From Hyphochytrium catenoides (taxonomy: Eukaryota > Protista > Hyphochytriomycota): a DNA stretch of 46,516 nt. This document shows, piece by piece, positions 36,400 through 46,516 of the stretch. Below the pieces are notes generated by a model. The model was given only the letters and a program-made list of their open reading frames with translations. It did not search any database and was not told the DNA's origin. Every line of letters begins with the position of its first letter. Positions within the stretch are counted from its first letter, which is position 1. The stretch is taken from NCBI GenBank assembly GCA_900088475.1, contig FLMG01004217.1, forward strand, positions 1-46,516, written 5' to 3'. Made by a program: the position numbers and the translations under genes.

Positions 36400-38100
36400 C
36401 GCTGTCCCAACGTGGTCACTTCTATTTGATGGTGTACTTGTTGCTGTTGGGCCCTCAAACGCTTCTTTCGTCGTCAGCCATCAACCCTGACTGCCCTCTG
36501 ATTTCATCCTTCACTTTCTATTTTTCTTCCCTGGTCCTGGCTCCCTTTCTAGCCCTGACTCTCCCTTAACCATGGCTCTCCTCTCTTTCTGCCCTCATTG
36601 TATTTTGATCTCCCTCCTATTATTATGTTCTTGAGCCGTCACTCTGTCACGGTCTTGGGCTTCTCGTTGGCCCTCCTACTGTCGTTTAGCACTCACTCTT
36701 CTCTGTGCTTTCAGCCTCCTGTTTTCTTGGATCTTCACCCTTATTATCTGAGCCTTCATTCTCTTCTCCACCTCAGTCTCCGGCACTCAGTTTTCTATGT
36801 CCTTAAGCCTTCAACAGTCTTTCTCTCCTTCTTCAACCTCGCTTATTTCTCCTCTCCTCTCCCACTTCAGCCTTCATGTTCCTGCAGCTTTGGCCTTCTT
36901 TTCGTCTTGTGCTCTTCACTGTTCCTGGGCATTCACCCTCCGTCCTTCAGCTATCGATTTCCGAGCGATTCTATTTCTTTTTTACGCCTTCCTTTCTTCC
37001 GAATTTTCAGCCTTTAGTCTCTTCTGTTCATCTCGTCTGCGCTCTAACTGGTTTGGCAATGCCGCCTTCGTTCCTTCTTCCTTTGTGCATCCTCACTTCT
37101 TCTGATGTCACTTTGGCCCTTTGTGGCCTGTTTTTTTCTTCAATCTTTTCTGCTCACTCGGACGTCGTGACGTGACGACGAGAGCTCAAAGATGTATAGG
37201 CCTCTAGGGAGGGAATCAAACTGGCGCTTGACATGGCTACCCTGTAAGATCCCTTGCCGCCTGGCTGAATCAAGTCTGTCGTCTACCGTCCCGTTCAGAC
37301 ATTCTCTTTCACTCATATTCTATCCTGAATTCGTCAACTCCTTTCGGGCTTCCACCCGAAGCCTCAATATTTGTTGGTTTGTGGCTTCTCACCTTCTTAT
37401 CAGTACATGGCCTTTGATGTGTCCATCATCACGGCTTCGCTGCAGCAATCAAAACCCTTCGTTATACAGCAGTCCATGCCGAATATCAAAGTCGCCTTCT
37501 TTATGAGAAGTCTAAGTTCAAGAAGTACGAAGCTCGCTGTCAGGAGGCGCGGCTGCAAATTGTTCCGCGAGCTCGGGAGTCCTTGGGAGGAGCTACCCCT
37601 TGCGTCATTGACTGTGTGTAACAGCTAGCTGGTGAAGCTTTAATGCGATCGCTCCTCTCTTGATGCTTCTCGGCATCATCACGGTCATCGGTCAATATTG
37701 GCAAAGGCATCAAATCTTCACAACAGAGTAATCTCCTTCATCATTTATGAAAAGAGTTGGCTATAGACTTTGAGGCTTATTCCTCCTCCTCTGCAGTAAG
37801 TAGTTGGATTGTGCCCTTGCTTACTTACCTCGTCGAGCGTGATGATGGTCTCTGCGCTACGTCTTCTTCTTCTTCTCCTCTCTGTCTGTCAGAAGGGTTG
37901 TAGCAGAAGAAGCGTGTGGCCTTGTGTTCCCCAGTGTCTTGCTGTTCCCCCTCTGCACTTCTGCTTGCGAAGTGCTCCTACAGGTAGTAGCAGCGTTTCA
38001 TCCCATTCCTGGTTCCGTTCTGTTCTCTCTGGGTCTCTCGTCGCACAGAGTTCTGCCCCCAACCACACCTCACTTAAATCATCAGAGTAACGATAATTAG
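36400..38100 (-). pseudogene. Decayed coding-like region (possible C2-like exon plus charged coiled-coil tail)
   Basis: 38090-37829 minus reads EVWLGAELCATRDPERTERNQEWDETLLLPV (weakly C2-like NPxWDETF.LPV) and ends at a GTAAGT donor. 37150-36450 minus is E/K/R-rich with many stops. Confidence 0.25.
37149..37274 (-). repeat. Inverted homologous copy A (pair with 40091-40212)
   Basis: 37211-37232 is the exact reverse complement of 40133-40154 (22 bp, GTCAAGCGCCAGTTTGATTCCC). Weaker similarity extends over about 125 bp. Confidence 0.8.
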
Positions 38101-40090
38101 AAGAAGACCATTACTGTCGACGATGGTTGAACGAAGAGACAAAGAGAGAGACAAAAATTAGGTTAACAAAGGTACTGGGGAATGTTGCCTAGTTATAGAA
38201 ACCTATACACGAGACATGAGAGAGAGAAAGAGTGCTATCGACGAAGAAAAAGCCGACAGAACAGGGAGAAACAATGAGGTGATAGTAAAACTCATTAACG
38301 GATACATGATGGCAGACGTAGAGTTTGGGAAGAGGCAGTATGCTGAAGACTTGGCGTTGAAGGCAATATACTAAGAAGATAGAGAGTAAGTCTAGGACGA
38401 GGAAAAAGGACAGAGAGATAATGAGGAAGCTGGAAGATAGAAAAGGGGGCGTGGGAAACGACCAGAGGACGATGGACACCCGCGAGATATTGAAGAAAAC
38501 GCTGCGTATATTATACTTAGTAGCATATATATCGACAGAGAGAGAGTTACAAGGAAAAGACAGAGAATGAGACTGATGGAGAGAAGCTGCCGAATTGACG
38601 AGGAGCAACGGTTGCGAGCGGCGGTGGCGAATGGGTTTCAATAACGCACTCCATAGGTGGGGGCCGGGAGTGGGAGGGCTGCCAGGAAAAAGCGAGAAAA
38701 TAGGACCGATGTTAGCCACTAAGCTACGAAGACACGCGAAAAAGAGGGAAGGAAAGAAAAATCTGGGGTTAGAGACATTCTGAGAGAGGGTCAGAGGAAG
38801 AGTTAATTAAGGCAAGAGTTAGCTAGCAGTGAAACAGTAGTGTAGGGGGCCAAGAAAGAGCAAATAGGAAAGAACCTTTAGAGCGCTACCTCAGAGAGAA
38901 GAGCAAGAAGAGGGCCGCCCGCCGTTCTACACTTGGCTAAGAGATAAATTGTGGCCTTGTAGCATCATCTCTTGGGAACCTGTGGCTGCAAGCACATGAA
39001 GAGGATAGAGGAAGTGGCTTTCTGCTGCCTGGCTGAGGTAGAGGATAGGAGATAGGTTCTCTTGGGTTCTCTATCTTGTACTGCTCCTGCCTTCTTGTCT
39101 CTCTCTGGCTATGGAAGGACTTCTTCCAGGGACAAACGCATGTCGTGGTCGTTGGGACTGGGACCAAAGAACAACTAAGCAGAGTTCCAGGATGACTGGA
39201 AGGCGATAGAGACGCCTATAAGATAGTTGGTGTCGTCCTTGGCGAGAGAGGTGCAGCGACTTTCACATACCATAGATTCCCTGAATAGTTTCTCGTTTTA
39301 TCTCATCCTTGTTCATAATCTTAGCGATGGCTCGCTCTTGCGATGATCTGTCGCAGAGTGAGGCCAGAGACGCTGAATTCTCCTCTACTATAACCTAAAG
39401 AGCGTTCCAAGGTTCTGCGGCAGAATCTTCCTGACAACAGTGAACGACCATTTAAAGTATAAAGACTTTACTGAGGCATCGTGGAGCAGGATCTGTGCTT
39501 GTTCCACTTATATTCCCACGACCGACGAAGACTCTTCGGGCTTCTTGCTGCTGGTGCTTGTCCAGTAAACAGACGCGGTGGACGCAAAGGCAGCGTCAGT
39601 CACTTCTGCTTCTCTTGCTTTATCATAGGGGTGGCCGTCCTGCTCAGCGCAGTCATTGTTGGGATAGTTCTCTTTCTTCAGGATCATCTCGCTCTCACTA
39701 TAGGAAGGCCATAGGTTGAATATCCGGGGGGGATATTGGGTTTTCCTGGCACGGTTAGAGGATGGGGCTGAACCTCGGGCCTCAGTCTCAGATTTGCTCG
39801 GTCAGCCTCAGCCTCTCCCGCCTGCCCAGACGTAGACACAGCGGCAACGGAGAGGCAGGGGAGGCACAGCTGACTGCACCTATTCGGCGCAGCAGGAACA
39901 GTCAACCGCCCGCCCGCCCTGTCTTCACTGCGCCAAACGTACGTTAGAAGAAGAGAGAGTACGTAATTAATTTGTAGTCGTGGGGGTAAGGAGTACTCAC
40001 TTCTTGTGAGTTAGCTTAGTCCTTCTTGTGGGTTAGTCGTAGAGTTAGGACACGTTGGCGATTACTAACGGGGCCAAGAGCCTCCTTCCG

Positions 40091-40212
40091 CTTGACTCAG
40101 CTAGGCGGCAAGGAGAGCTCCCAGCTAGTAAGGTCAAGCGCCAGTTTGATTCCCCCAGCCAGAGGCTTACCATTCATTTGCATGTTCTCTCTCGCTCATC
40201 CTGGTGAGCAGA
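40091..40212 (+). repeat. Inverted homologous copy B (pair with 37149-37274)
   Basis: CTTGACTCAGCTAGGCGGCAAGG..GTCAAGCGCCAGTTTGATTCCC..AGAGGC..GTGAGCAGA aligns with the reverse complement of copy A. Confidence 0.8.
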
Positions 40213-42061
40213 AGGAAAAGCCCTGAATCATCACCAGGCAGCATATCATTCGGCGAGTCTCTTTCTTCGTGCCATCTCCCACAAATTTTGTCACGTGGAA
40301 GGGCATTGAAAACCAATAGATGGCAAGGCTGTACTCGGATAAGGGCCGGGCGGGTGGAAAAGCTGTCCCCTGGTCTGTTAGTAGCCTTTCTACCTCTTGT
40401 CTCCTGCTGCAGCGCTCGCCCATAGAAGGATATTTCTGGCGACGATCCCCTATCATCATCAGCAGTCTTCCGCTGCTCGATGACCTTGAGAATCTCCAAT
40501 GTTCTAGTTTTCTGGCTCTTCTTGCTTTTCCCTTATTAGTAACCGCACTCTCTTCTCTCACCGTACGGCCTGTCTCGGCTCTGCCACCACTAGGACAATC
40601 GAAGAAGTCTGCTGTTTCCTGCTGATCTAGGTAGAAGATGATGCCCTCTGGCTTGGTTTGTCACATCACCACAAAGCGGAAAGAGATCTGTCTTTTTTTA
40701 TTAGCGTTATTATTACTGCGCAAACCGCTTCTAGGCCGACCTCTTCAGCGTTTTTACCTCTCTCTCTCGTTCTCTCATTTCCTCTTCTCCGCCTATGTCC
40801 CCCTCTCTCTTTCTTTTCTGTTGAACGTATTCTTAGGGCGAGGAAAAATCAGCAACAACAACCTACGACAAAAAGGAGTCAGACTTGTTGTTGTTAGATT
40901 GCTTCCGGATGATGTTTGCTGCCTGAAGCAAGAGGCGACGAGACCACCTTCTTCTCCTATCTCAACAATCAACATCATAGTTCTACAGAAAAAAACGCGC
41001 TGGTGGTCGAGATTCTGTCGTCAACCCTCAGTCTTCCACCAGACCCCGAGCGAGGGAGCCACCATCACTAGTGTACATCAGGACGACAGACAACAGCGAC
41101 GACAGTCGTTGGTAAAGGTCCGTGCTAATACGAGGAAGGAACGATAATACTAAGGGGGCTGACGAAGGGGAGCGAAAGAAGCAAAAAATGGGAGGTGATG
41201 AGAAAAGGAGGAGAAAGACCTGCTGGCTGACTGGCTGGAGTGTGCGCGGTAGGATGAGGAGCGAGAAGGAAGGGGCAAAGAAGGGAATGTAATGCAAAGA
41301 AGGAGCGTAGTAGTAGAAGGGTTAGGGTTAGCCTTTGTCTGATGAAGAGCAAAGAAGAGGCGCAATAAAAAAGAAAGAGCTGGACGACAGAGAAGAGCCC
41401 ACAAGGCCACCCATGAAGAGGACAACGACTATGCTCCTGCTCGGCAAATTTGAGTAGCTGAGTTCATCATCTCTCTCACTTTCCGACGAGAGAGAAGAAG
41501 AAGAGCGGGGGAAGAAGAAGCCACGAAAAAGAAGAAGAGTAGTCGACAAAGCCAACAACAACAAACAACTTTGAACATTACTAGGAAGCTGCTTCATAGA
41601 CTGGAGGAGGAAGAAAAGAGGAAAGAAGATCAACTCATACTCGCTAGTGGCAGCAAAGAAGAGTGATAGGCAGCCGGTTAAGGAAGGCAGTCTTAAAGTC
41701 GATTTGTCACACCTAAGTCCCTTTTGAGCAGCAAGAATAGTACCATTCTGGTGGTAGAGAGCTTGACGACGGGAGAAAAGGTCTCCTAATGGTCTACGCA
41801 CCCCTTCCACTTGCTGGGTGGGTGATACCCCGCACAAAGAAGAGTCTAGCTTTGTGTCTGTTGACATGACCATCCTTGTCGCCCTACCCTACGAACTACG
41901 AAGCCTACGTTTGGCACTATTCTCGGACTGCATTCTTTCCGAGGTGGGAGAGGGTTTATTGTGTCTTTGTCTTCTAGTAGAGTAGTTTGCCGCCGTCCTC
42001 CTCCTAGCGTGGGATCGTCAGGTGTGTAAAACCCCTTCAATGGACCTATCCACAACAGCTA

Positions 42062-43417
42062 CTAGAGCGGATGGCCGTAGTGGAAATCTCTCCAGAGCGC
42101 CGAAGCCGCACTCTTCTCTCTCCGTTGTGTCTTCTTTGAATGATGGTAATAGAACCGTGCTAGCGTCGCATCAACGTCAAGACCAGATATTTTGCTTGCA
42201 ACATTCTGGACAGGTTGTGTTGGTGGAAAGTTAAGCCCCTGCGTCATAATACCAGCCACAAGCCCCGTTTCCGATTCAATGATAGGCCCGCCGCTGCTCC
42301 CTCCCTCGGCGTCACAGGAATGAACGAAGGTCGTTGATCTGATGGGAACGATCGAATGTTGTCCTTCCGGTAGAATGGTGCAGCGCACAACCCACTCCAT
42401 GCTCCGGCCGGAGGGGTAACCGAGGTACCTTAGTGTACTTCGTATAGGGTCGACTCCGGTAATGACAGAGAGTCTAGCAGGAGGGGGTTTGTCCACCACG
42501 AGGATAGCATAGTCTGTGCCGTCAGAGTAAATCGATCTTAAGATTCGAATACATTTACTCGACGTCCTCGAGGGTGGTTTTCCGTCGCCCGATATATGAA
42601 TGCCCCATTCAATATGCAACCTGGGGCACTCCTCGTTCCAGTCGTCACGGGTGGCCATACTTTGCTCAAGATACAGGCAGTGCGCAGCAGTAAGAACAAT
42701 TCCATGGCCCAAATGTGAAGCCGTGCAAACCTTGGAGTTTAGATTGGAGATTAGACGAAGCTGTCCGATAGCGGGGACCAGCTGTTGGAGTTTCTTCGGT
42801 AGGGTCTTTATATTCCATACAGGTCTCAACATGTTGTCGTGGCACTTCACATTGAATGACTTAATAATATTTCTCCGGTTCATCACAACGTTGTGAAGAC
42901 CTCTGTCATATCGGATAGGACCATTTCCTCGGGTGGATTGGAAATCAGGGAGGAGATAAGCATTCAGCGTGCAGCCATGCGCCACCGCAATCACCGAGAT
43001 CCTATTCTTTGTTGCAGCGTTGGGCCACTGCTTTACTCTTGCAAATCGGTGAAAAGGAACGCAGGTTCGCCGTGTCTGATGAAGGTCGTTGATAAACACA
43101 CAAGCGGAGTATCCCTTGTCTCGCAGATAATTGATCATTGCTTCCTCCCGAGATAGGAGCTTTCTTCTGATCATACCTGCAGATGACGACGTGCCGTTTC
43201 CCTTGCTTTTGGTGGCGCGAAGAGAAGGTCGCTCTCCATTTCTTTGACCGTTATGGAAAACGGATACCAGAATTCTCGAGTCATTCCTAGTGGCATTGCT
43301 GAACCCATCCAACAACGGACTACCACCATCGCTTGCAAAAACCTTTAGCATAAAGCTGTTGTTGCTTGAGAGGAGCGCCACCAGCAGGATGACCACCCTA
43401 AGGAAAAGACTGACCAT
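42062..43417 (-). CDS. Secreted trypsin-like (clan PA, bacterial-type) serine protease with N-terminal beta/gamma-crystallin-like domain, single exon
   Basis: Likely start is ATG 43417 (MVSLFLRVVILLVALLSS, signal-like); an upstream in-frame ATG lies at 43483. The triad motifs are intact: CTASHLGHGIVLTAAHC, DYAILVV, LGYP, HSCDAEGGSSGGPII. About 43108-42842 reads ACVFIND..NRISVIAVAHGCTLNAYLLPDFQ..NIIKSFNVKC (Greek-key crystallin-like). Confidence 0.88.
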   Translation of the reverse strand: MVSLFLRVVILLVALLSSNNSFMLKVFASDGGSPLLDGFSNATRNDSRILVSVFHNGQRNGERPSLRATKSKGNGTSSSAGMIRRKLLSREEAMINYLRDKGYSACVFINDLHQTRRTCVPFHRFARVKQWPNAATKNRISVIAVAHGCTLNAYLLPDFQSTRGNGPIRYDRGLHNVVMNRRNIIKSFNVKCHDNMLRPVWNIKTLPKKLQQLVPAIGQLRLISNLNSKVCTASHLGHGIVLTAAHCLYLEQSMATRDDWNEECPRLHIEWGIHISGDGKPPSRTSSKCIRILRSIYSDGTDYAILVVDKPPPARLSVITGVDPIRSTLRYLGYPSGRSMEWVVRCTILPEGQHSIVPIRSTTFVHSCDAEGGSSGGPIIESETGLVAGIMTQGLNFPPTQPVQNVASKISGLDVDATLARFYYHHSKKTQRREKSAASALWRDFHYGHPL

Positions 43418-43889
43418 GGGCGGCAATGCGATAAACTCGTGCTTCCTCCTAGAAACTCTTTCGATAGGTGCTTCTTTCAGCATGTCCTTTGCGGCACCAG
43501 CAAGATAGCGACACTCCTGCTGCGTCTCCACGTCCTGTGCTTCCGAGCTCTTTTGGCGTTATCACGGATGCTATCCTTTGTTCATGTAGTAGAGAAGACA
43601 ACAACTCCCGTACCGAACACCTCAATAGCTGAAAGAGAAGCGGCGCCCAAAGAGGATTGAGTTGTGATCCAATATCGGGGCTGTGACAGAGAGTCAACTT
43701 TTAGCTCCCCTTGCTTGTTCTGAGGAAGTTGCAGTCAGGAGCTCGCTAACGTCCTTCTTCTTGCGCTTCCGGTTGCGGAGCGTTTTAGCGGCGGGTTCCT
43801 AACTCTTGCTAAGAAGAGCTTCTCTGAGCTTCTTGGTGCTAGCTTCTTGCCTTCGTGGCCTTATTTTGTTGACCATATGTTTAGCTCCC

Positions 43890-44319
43890 CGCAACAGCCG
43901 GATCACCATCAAGGAGCATTGTCTGTTACCTCTTATGTTATTATTTCTATTTTGATGGGGATTTTGGCGGTGTAGGTAGCCTGTAGAACTACTATGCCCC
44001 AAGAGCGACAGAGCCAGACCATGAATTGGAAGCTACAGCACGGCCCTGCGGAGAAGCAGTAAGAAGAGAGCCTGGTGGCTCATTTTTTGGTGAGCAGGAT
44101 GACAACCGACATAATTCTACGGAGTAATAATAACTAAGAAAGTCCCGAAGAAGCACCAGGTATGATGGTGAGCTTGGCCACAAAGGTACGAAAAGGAGAG
44201 TGGAGCCCGTCGTAACTACTACACGATTGTGAACTAGAACTATACATGGACCCCCAAAACCATGCAATAAAACAGTAGAGCGAACCTTTTTCCCGTGAGT
44301 GCGGTTGAAGGTGCAGGTA
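43890..44319 (+). repeat. Direct repeat copy 1 (~420 bp)
   Basis: Near-identical to 44696-45102, from CGCAACAG..GATCACCATC to GGTTGAAGGTGCAGGTA, with a few substitutions and small indels. Confidence 0.95.
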
Positions 44320-44428
44320 GCACTCAACGCGTTTGTGCTACATAAGTGGGAGCAGCAGTAGTTCTCTCATCTAATACATGGATGAAGTGCGTTGGCTGTT
44401 TCAGCTTCTGTTGCGAGCGAAAATAGTG

Positions 44429-44450
44429 TTTAGGGTTAGGTTAGGGTTAG
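44429..44450 (+). repeat. Short interstitial telomere-like tract
   Basis: TTTAGGG TTAGG TTAGGG TTAG. A shorter GGGTTAGGGTTAG occurs near 41319-41331. Confidence 0.5.
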
Positions 44451-44695
44451 AAAGACGACTAAATAATAACAATAAATCTCTTCTTCTTTACTCCTTTTTC
44501 TAGAGTTCCTGGATATTAGTAGTAGCTATCATAATCAGCATCTTTTTCTTAGTAGTACAATAAAGGCGTCATAGCTTTCCTGGTTTCTTTTCTTCTTCCT
44601 CGTGCTTCTTGTTCTCCTTCTTCTTTCTTCATCTCTTCTTCTTCTTTTTTATTAAGTAAAAAAGTAGCTATTAGTCATGATAAAAAAGCACTTCA

Positions 44696-45102
44696 CGCAA
44701 CAGGCAGATCACCATCAAAGAGCATTGTCTGTTACATCTTATTATTTCTAATTTGATGGGTATTTTGGCGGTGTAGGTAGCCTGTAGAACTACTATGCCC
44801 CAAGAGCGACTGAGCCAGACCATGAATTGGAAGCTACAGCACGGCCCTGCGGAGAAGCAGTAAGAAGAGAGCCTGGTGGCTCATTCTGATGACAACCGAC
44901 ATAATTCTACGGAGTAATAACTAAGAAATTCCCGAAGAAGCACCTGGTATGATGGTGAGCTTGGCCACAAAGGTACGAAAAGGAGAGTGGAGCCCTAACT
45001 ACTACACGATTGTGAACTAGAACTATACATGGACCCCCAAAACCATGCAATAAAACAGTAGAGCGAACCTTTTTCCTGTGAGTGCGGTTGAAGGTGCAGG
45101 TA
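44696..45102 (+). repeat. Direct repeat copy 2 (~410 bp)
   Basis: Matches 43890-44319. Confidence 0.95.
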
Positions 45103-45634
45103 CTTGTCTGCAGAGGGGACTGGTAACGGCTGACTCCGCCCCGGGGGAGGTGCTGGAGTTGTACTTTGTATGATCAGCCTTTGGTACGAGTACTGCGGCC
45201 AGATGTCAGATTGCTGTCCGAGAGACAAGTCTTTGAGGACGATTTTTGGCATCAAAGCGACACGTCGATGGAAGCTCTCTTGCTGATAATCTATGTCATT
45301 TGCATTCGTGTCTCTCTCTTTTATCTCTCTGTGCCCCTTCTGCTGCTCTTCTTGATTTCCTCTCTCTTTGTCTCTTGCTCATCATTCTTCTGAGTCTCTA
45401 ATATCCTCGGTTGTCTTATCTGTTTGTGTAGGTCTCTCTGTTCTTTGCTTTATCCACCCTCGTAAGCTGCTACTCTTCTCTCTTCTCCATTTTGCGCTTG
45501 TTGTACCTCTCTCTACTAAAGCTCTCCTCTCTTCCCTTTCCCTCTTTTCGCTCATTTGTATGGCTTTTGTGCTGGTCTCACATGCTTTAGCGCTTTCCAA
45601 TCTATCCTCAACAAGGTTCTATCTTTGTACAATC

Positions 45635-45709
45635 NNNNNNNNNNNNNNNNNNNNNNNNNNNNNNNNNNNNNNNNNNNNNNNNNNNNNNNNNNNNNNNNNN
45701 NNNNNNNNN
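45635..45709. other. Assembly gap (75 N)
   Basis: Run of N. Confidence 1.
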
Positions 45710-46516
45710 CAGACCACGGATACCGTTCGAGAGCTAAAGCGAGAGCGATGCAATGTATGTGGCTTAATAGGGAGTGCCCCGTGCCTTTCCTCACGATGCA
45801 ATCTCGCGACAATCCCCCCGCGACCCTTTTCTTATATGCATCGCAGACTGCTGCAAAGTTGAGTGCCTCCCATTCTGAAATTTCATCATCTTAGGCAGTC
45901 ACAGCAGGCTCCAGGTGGCAGGCTAGCCTGGGGTCACCGCCAAGTTTGCTGTTCTCGTTGACAGCAGAGGTGGAGGGCGCAGCAAAGAGGGGATCTAGAG
46001 TAAAGTCTGCAACAACTTCTCAAGACTAAGGTCTTTATATTGATCCATCATTCTGTTTTTCTCCATATGTGCCTCCTCTGTTTCTGTTCGGCCTTGCTTT
46101 CTTACTTTGACTCTCTTTCTCTTCTCCTTATTTATTATGTTGCTTTATATCTCCCTTTCCTCTTCAAATTGGCCCTCTGTCTACCCTTTTCGGTCTTACC
46201 TGGCCTCTTCTCTATCTAGTGTTGGGTCTTTCCTCTTTCTCTCTTCTTATCTCTCTTCACCATGACTGCCTTTCTTCTTACTCTTTCTCCTCCAGCAGGC
46301 CTTCTTCTTGCTTCTCTTTCCCCTCTCCCTAGTTATTTCTCTTTCTGTCGCTGTTCGCAGATTGATAGGCAGAGCACTAAGAGAGACACAGTCATTCAGT
46401 CAATGAACACATAATCATCATCAAGTCCTTTGTTACATTTACATCTAGACAAAGCTCCAGACATCATCAATGTAGTATGTAAGAAGAGTGAGTCAATGGG
46501 TTTCGCTAAGTCTTCG

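Noticed and set aside
37200-37510. EGIKLALD as RNase H or FDIRHGLLY as Gypsy integrase-linker remnants
   Set aside because: Single short motifs on opposite strands with no supporting catalytic motifs nearby.
43890-45102. LTR retrotransposon or TRIM
   Set aside because: No TG..CA termini, PBS, PPT or target-site duplication seen; no RT or integrase motifs anywhere in the window.
1-46516. Stop-codon reassignment (TAG/TAA = Gln) to explain interrupted frames
   Set aside because: The intact conserved genes splice without internal stops and terminate at TAG (VPS9, DJ-1, F-box-like, TM protein), TAA (SRP19, LCCL, PX-RING) and TGA (patatin).
1-46516. tRNA, rRNA or CRISPR arrays
   Set aside because: No cloverleaf, rRNA-conserved block or repeat-spacer array found by eye; GGTTCG hits at about 13114, 17631 and 29411 lack tRNA structure.

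Overview
Eukaryotic genomic DNA, most likely from a protist. The PX-RING and LCCL membrane-protein content would fit a stramenopile, but the taxon cannot be fixed from sequence alone. Introns are GT-AG, the genetic code is standard, and (CT)n/(GA)n microsatellites are abundant. I could splice or read nine credible genes: a VPS9-domain Rab5-type GEF, a PX+RING-H2 protein, a multi-pass LCCL/FN3-like membrane protein, an F-box-like protein with several LIR-like motifs, SRP19, a type I membrane protein, an SDP1/TGL-type patatin lipase with a multi-TM N-terminus, a bacterial-type DJ-1/PfpI protein, and an intronless secreted beta/gamma-crystallin-like + trypsin-like serine protease (HGT candidate). 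There is also one orphan ORF. About 19.8-22.6 kb and 33.7-41.9 kb look like decayed coding DNA, with ankyrin-, LRR- and possibly C2-like remnants, many TAG stops and local TpA enrichment. The right end has a ~420 bp direct duplication around a telomere-like tract and an assembly gap. Most ORFs in the supplied track are microsatellite artefacts. All family assignments are from motif recognition by eye; no searches were run.
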